This document shows positions 43,127-45,437 of a DNA stretch of 45,437 nt, piece by piece. The DNA lies in NCBI GenBank assembly GCA_947455805.1, contig CANGSN010000002.1:1-45437 (forward strand). The letters run 5' to 3'. The position numbers and the translations under genes are program-made. The notes under the pieces were generated by a model, which ran no database searches, was not told where the DNA came from, and worked only from the letters and a program-made list of their open reading frames with translations. The number at the start of each line of letters is the position of its first letter. The stretch's first letter is position 1. This stretch comes from Planctomycetota bacterium. Lineage in GTDB: Bacteria; Planctomycetota; UBA1135; UBA2386.

Positions 43127-44434
43127 ATGTCCCTCTCGCTCGCCGCGTCGTGCTCGTTCGCCCTGCTGTCGTCACTCGCCGTTCCGCCGCAACAGCCGAA
43201 CGACGCCGGCAAGCCGACCTGGACCCGCGAACGCGCCATCGCCGCCTTGCGCAGCGATTCGGCGGCGGAGCAGTTCGTCGCGGCGCAGCAGCTCGAGTAC
43301 TACGGTCCGGCGGTGCTGGCAGACCTGCGCACGCTGCGCGACGACACCAACGACCCGGCCCTGCGCAGCCGCATCGAGAATGTGCTCGGCGGCATCGAAC
43401 TGCAGCACCCGGGCGGGCTCGTCGTCGTGTTCCCGCGCGGCGAGATCATCCGCAACGAACTGTGGGCGTGGCGGGACGGCCAGGAGATCGCGCTGACCGC
43501 CAACACGACCATGGAAGCCGACCTGGCGCTGGCGCCGGACGGACGGCACCTCCTGTTCTCGACGACGCCCGACCACCACGACTTCGGCGTGCACGACCTG
43601 CACGTGATCGAACTCGCCACCGGCAAGGAGGTGCTAAAGGACCGCGGCCACGGCGGCACGTTCTCGCCCGATGGGGTGCACGCGGCGATCCTGCGCCAGG
43701 ACGGGCTCGTGTTGCGCGAGCTCGGCCGCGACCAGGAACGGCGATTGGCCCCCGAGCTCGGCGAAGTGCGCGAGGCGCAGTGGTCGCCGAACGGCCGCTT
43801 CCTCGCCGTCGTCAGCGGCGGCGACGTCGTCGTGCTCGAGGCGACGACCGGGGCGGTGCATGCGCGCCTCGACAGCACGCCGCCGGGCACCAGCACGATG
43901 GCGAGCTTCGCGCTCGGCGACAGCGTGGTGTCGCTGGTCAGCGGCAACGGGCCCTACGAGTGGGACCTGTTCGTCGTGCCGGTCGGCGGCGGCGAGGCAC
44001 AGAAGCGCACCGAGCGCTCGTTCCAGCACGGCATGGCGTCGCTGGCGCCGGACGGCAAGCGCGCGCTGCTGCTGCAGAGCCGGCCGACGCCGCCGCGACG
44101 CGAGGGCGAGCCGCCGATGGAGCCCGGCACCGGCGCCAGTCACGGTTACGCCGCCTCCCTGCTCGAGCTCGATGGCGACGGCGAACCGCGCCTGGTGTTC
44201 GGCAGCGCCAATCCGCTGCTGCGGCCGACGTGGTCGCCGGAGGGCCGCTTCGTCGTGTTCGTCGACGAAGGTGGCAACCTGCAGCTGCTGCACGTGCGCT
44301 CGGGGCGAACGCGCAAGCTGGCGAAGATGGACGTCGGCTACGGACCGTCGACGACCTCGTTCGCGCCGGCGGTGTGGTTCGCGCAAGGGCGACCGATGCC
44401 GGCGTTCCGCGGCATAGCGCCCGCGGCGAAGTGA
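43127..44434 (+). CDS. secreted TolB-like (PD40/WD40-like) beta-propeller protein
   Basis: Signal-like N-terminus and a HEAT-like helical segment. Repeated motifs follow: APDGRHLLF, FSPDGVHAA, WSPNGRFLAVV, LAPDGKRALL and WSPEGRFVVFV. Confidence 0.8.
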   Translation: MSLSLAASCSFALLSSLAVPPQQPNDAGKPTWTRERAIAALRSDSAAEQFVAAQQLEYYGPAVLADLRTLRDDTNDPALRSRIENVLGGIELQHPGGLVVVFPRGEIIRNELWAWRDGQEIALTANTTMEADLALAPDGRHLLFSTTPDHHDFGVHDLHVIELATGKEVLKDRGHGGTFSPDGVHAAILRQDGLVLRELGRDQERRLAPELGEVREAQWSPNGRFLAVVSGGDVVVLEATTGAVHARLDSTPPGTSTMASFALGDSVVSLVSGNGPYEWDLFVVPVGGGEAQKRTERSFQHGMASLAPDGKRALLLQSRPTPPRREGEPPMEPGTGASHGYAASLLELDGDGEPRLVFGSANPLLRPTWSPEGRFVVFVDEGGNLQLLHVRSGRTRKLAKMDVGYGPSTTSFAPAVWFAQGRPMPAFRGIAPAAK

Positions 44435-44462
44435 ACGCGACCGCGCGCGTTCGCCGGCGAAC

Positions 44463-45101
44463 TCACTCCCAGCGCATCTCGCCGATGAACTCGAGCGGGC
44501 CACCGCACGACACCGAGTGGCAGGCGATGCAGCCGGCGATGATCGCGTTGTAGGTGTCCTTGCCCGGCGTCTGGTCGAACGCCGCGACCGCGCCGAGATA
44601 GGCCTGCGCACGCAGGTCGAACTGCTGGTTGCGCTCCTCGGGCTTGGTCGGCCACGCGCAGCGCATCTTGCGGTGCACGGGCAGCAGCGCCTTCACCTTC
44701 TGGCCGGCCTCGAGCATCGGCCGCACCTCGCGCAGGTCGTCGACGAACTGGCGCATCAGCACCGACAGCTCGCTGTCGCCGTTCGGGTTGCGCGACGACT
44801 TGACCAGGTTGCCCGGGCTACCGGGGATGCCGGGCACCAGCGGCGTCGACAGGTTGCAGTCGGCATCGGCGGCGAGCATGGCGGCGGGGCTCGTGGTGGC
44901 GTTCGCCGGCGTGGCCGACGCGCTCGCGGGCGGCGTGGTGTTCGCGGGCGGCGTGTTCGCGGCCGCCGTGTTGGCGGCCGCCGTGTTCGAGGCCGTCGTG
45001 CCGGACTCCGGCTGGCCTTGGCACGCGACGACGAAGAGGAACAGGGATGCGGTCAGGGTGGGGCGGATCACGAACGGCTCCAGGCAGAACGGGCGACGCA
45101 T
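44463..45101 (-). CDS. lipoprotein with a C-terminal CxxCH heme-binding motif (class II cytochrome c-like)
   Basis: From the internal ATG at 45101. It has a lipobox (LFLFVVAC) and a low-complexity Ala/Asn/Thr/Pro linker. A helical domain ends in AGCIACH, placing CxxCH near the C-terminus as in cytochrome c'/c556-type proteins. Confidence 0.72.
   Translation of the reverse strand: MRRPFCLEPFVIRPTLTASLFLFVVACQGQPESGTTASNTAAANTAAANTPPANTTPPASASATPANATTSPAAMLAADADCNLSTPLVPGIPGSPGNLVKSSRNPNGDSELSVLMRQFVDDLREVRPMLEAGQKVKALLPVHRKMRCAWPTKPEERNQQFDLRAQAYLGAVAAFDQTPGKDTYNAIIAGCIACHSVSCGGPLEFIGEMRWE
44925..44987 (-). repeat. 15-nt tandem repeats encoding the pentapeptide linker NTAAA/NTPPA
   Basis: The plus strand reads ggcggcgtggtgttcgcg ggcggcgtgttcgcg gccgccgtgttggcg gccgccgtgttcgag. 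Translated on the minus strand this gives NTAAANTAAANTPPANTTPPA. Confidence 0.6.
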
Positions 45102-45205
45102 GATTGGCGGCCTCGTCGTGCCGCGCAAGCGGCCGGGATGCGGAGTCGCGGTGCTATCCCCGCTTCCGCGCGCGATTTTCGTCCATCGAACTGCGCCGGC
45201 CCGGG

Positions 45206-45437
45206 ATGACACCGCTCGCCCAGCTCACCCTGCTGTGCCTCGAATGCCTGCCGCGGTGCCACGGCGACGAAGCCCTCGCCGCCATCGCCCACTGGGCCGA
45301 CCTGCTGCAGGCCGTCGAGAACGCAGACGCACCGCCTCTCGGCGACGACGCCGTCGACGCCATCGGCTGGTATCTTCTCGACGTCACCGACGTCGGACTC
45401 GACGACCTGCAGATGGCCTTCCAGCAACACCTCAAGC
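45206..45437 (+). CDS. hypothetical protein, 5' part (runs off the right edge)
   Basis: The ATG at 45206 opens a frame to the window end with high GC3 (MTPLAQLTLLCLECLPRCHGDEALAAIAHWADLLQAVENADAPPLGDDAVDAIGWYLLDVTDVGLDDLQMAFQQHLK). A TGCTATCCC box lies at about 45142-45150 upstream. It is absent from the track because it has no stop. Confidence 0.5.
   Translation, partial: MTPLAQLTLLCLECLPRCHGDEALAAIAHWADLLQAVENADAPPLGDDAVDAIGWYLLDVTDVGLDDLQMAFQQHLK

Noticed and set aside
44433-44462. Overlapping palindromes GAACGCG-N6-CGCGTTC and GTTCGCCGGCGAAC between convergent genes.
   Set aside because: Plausibly a bidirectional terminator, but the stems are only 7 bp and there is no U-tract. It was left out of the feature list because confidence is too low.

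Overview
This is a 45.4-kb window of very high-GC bacterial DNA. Hand counts of sample lines give about 70-80% GC in most genes. Coding frames show extreme third-position GC, so many long ORFs in the track are off-frame artefacts rich in Arg/Ala/Gly/Pro. I support about 37 protein-coding genes and found no rRNA, tRNA, CRISPR array, transposase or integrase.

Housekeeping genes: argS, folE and an ABC-F ATPase, plus TetR, SDR, GNAT, SRPBCC and DUF1428 genes. These are interspersed with many secreted or membrane-anchored proteins.

Observations that stand out:
1. A lower-GC insertion of about 2.8 kb (about 10300-13140) splits a divergent DUF4198/DUF4394 gene pair. It is bracketed by a diverged duplication of about 350 bp of that junction.
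2. The insertion carries a tight operon: a MauE-like membrane protein, a 12-cysteine secreted protein, and a membrane-anchored Ig-like-repeat protein.
3. An ECF regulatory cluster spans 33.8-45.1 kb. It has a canonical ECF sigma, an anti-sigma with a leucine-rich-repeat ectodomain, and a second ECF sigma fused in one ORF to a transmembrane helix and an ectodomain of about 800 aa. Two GGAAC-N16/17-CGTC promoter-like motifs lie nearby.
4. A C-terminal module of about 120-135 aa, usually with two cysteines, ends five otherwise unrelated secreted proteins.
5. A six-gene island of SMI1/KNR4 (SUKH)-type immunity-like genes has no cognate toxin.

The gene content (BNR sialidase-like, DUF1080-like, LRR, many ECF genes, weak Shine-Dalgarno usage) suggests a Planctomycetota- or Myxococcota-like organism. 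That is inference only. All family assignments rest on motifs recognised by eye, not on searches.
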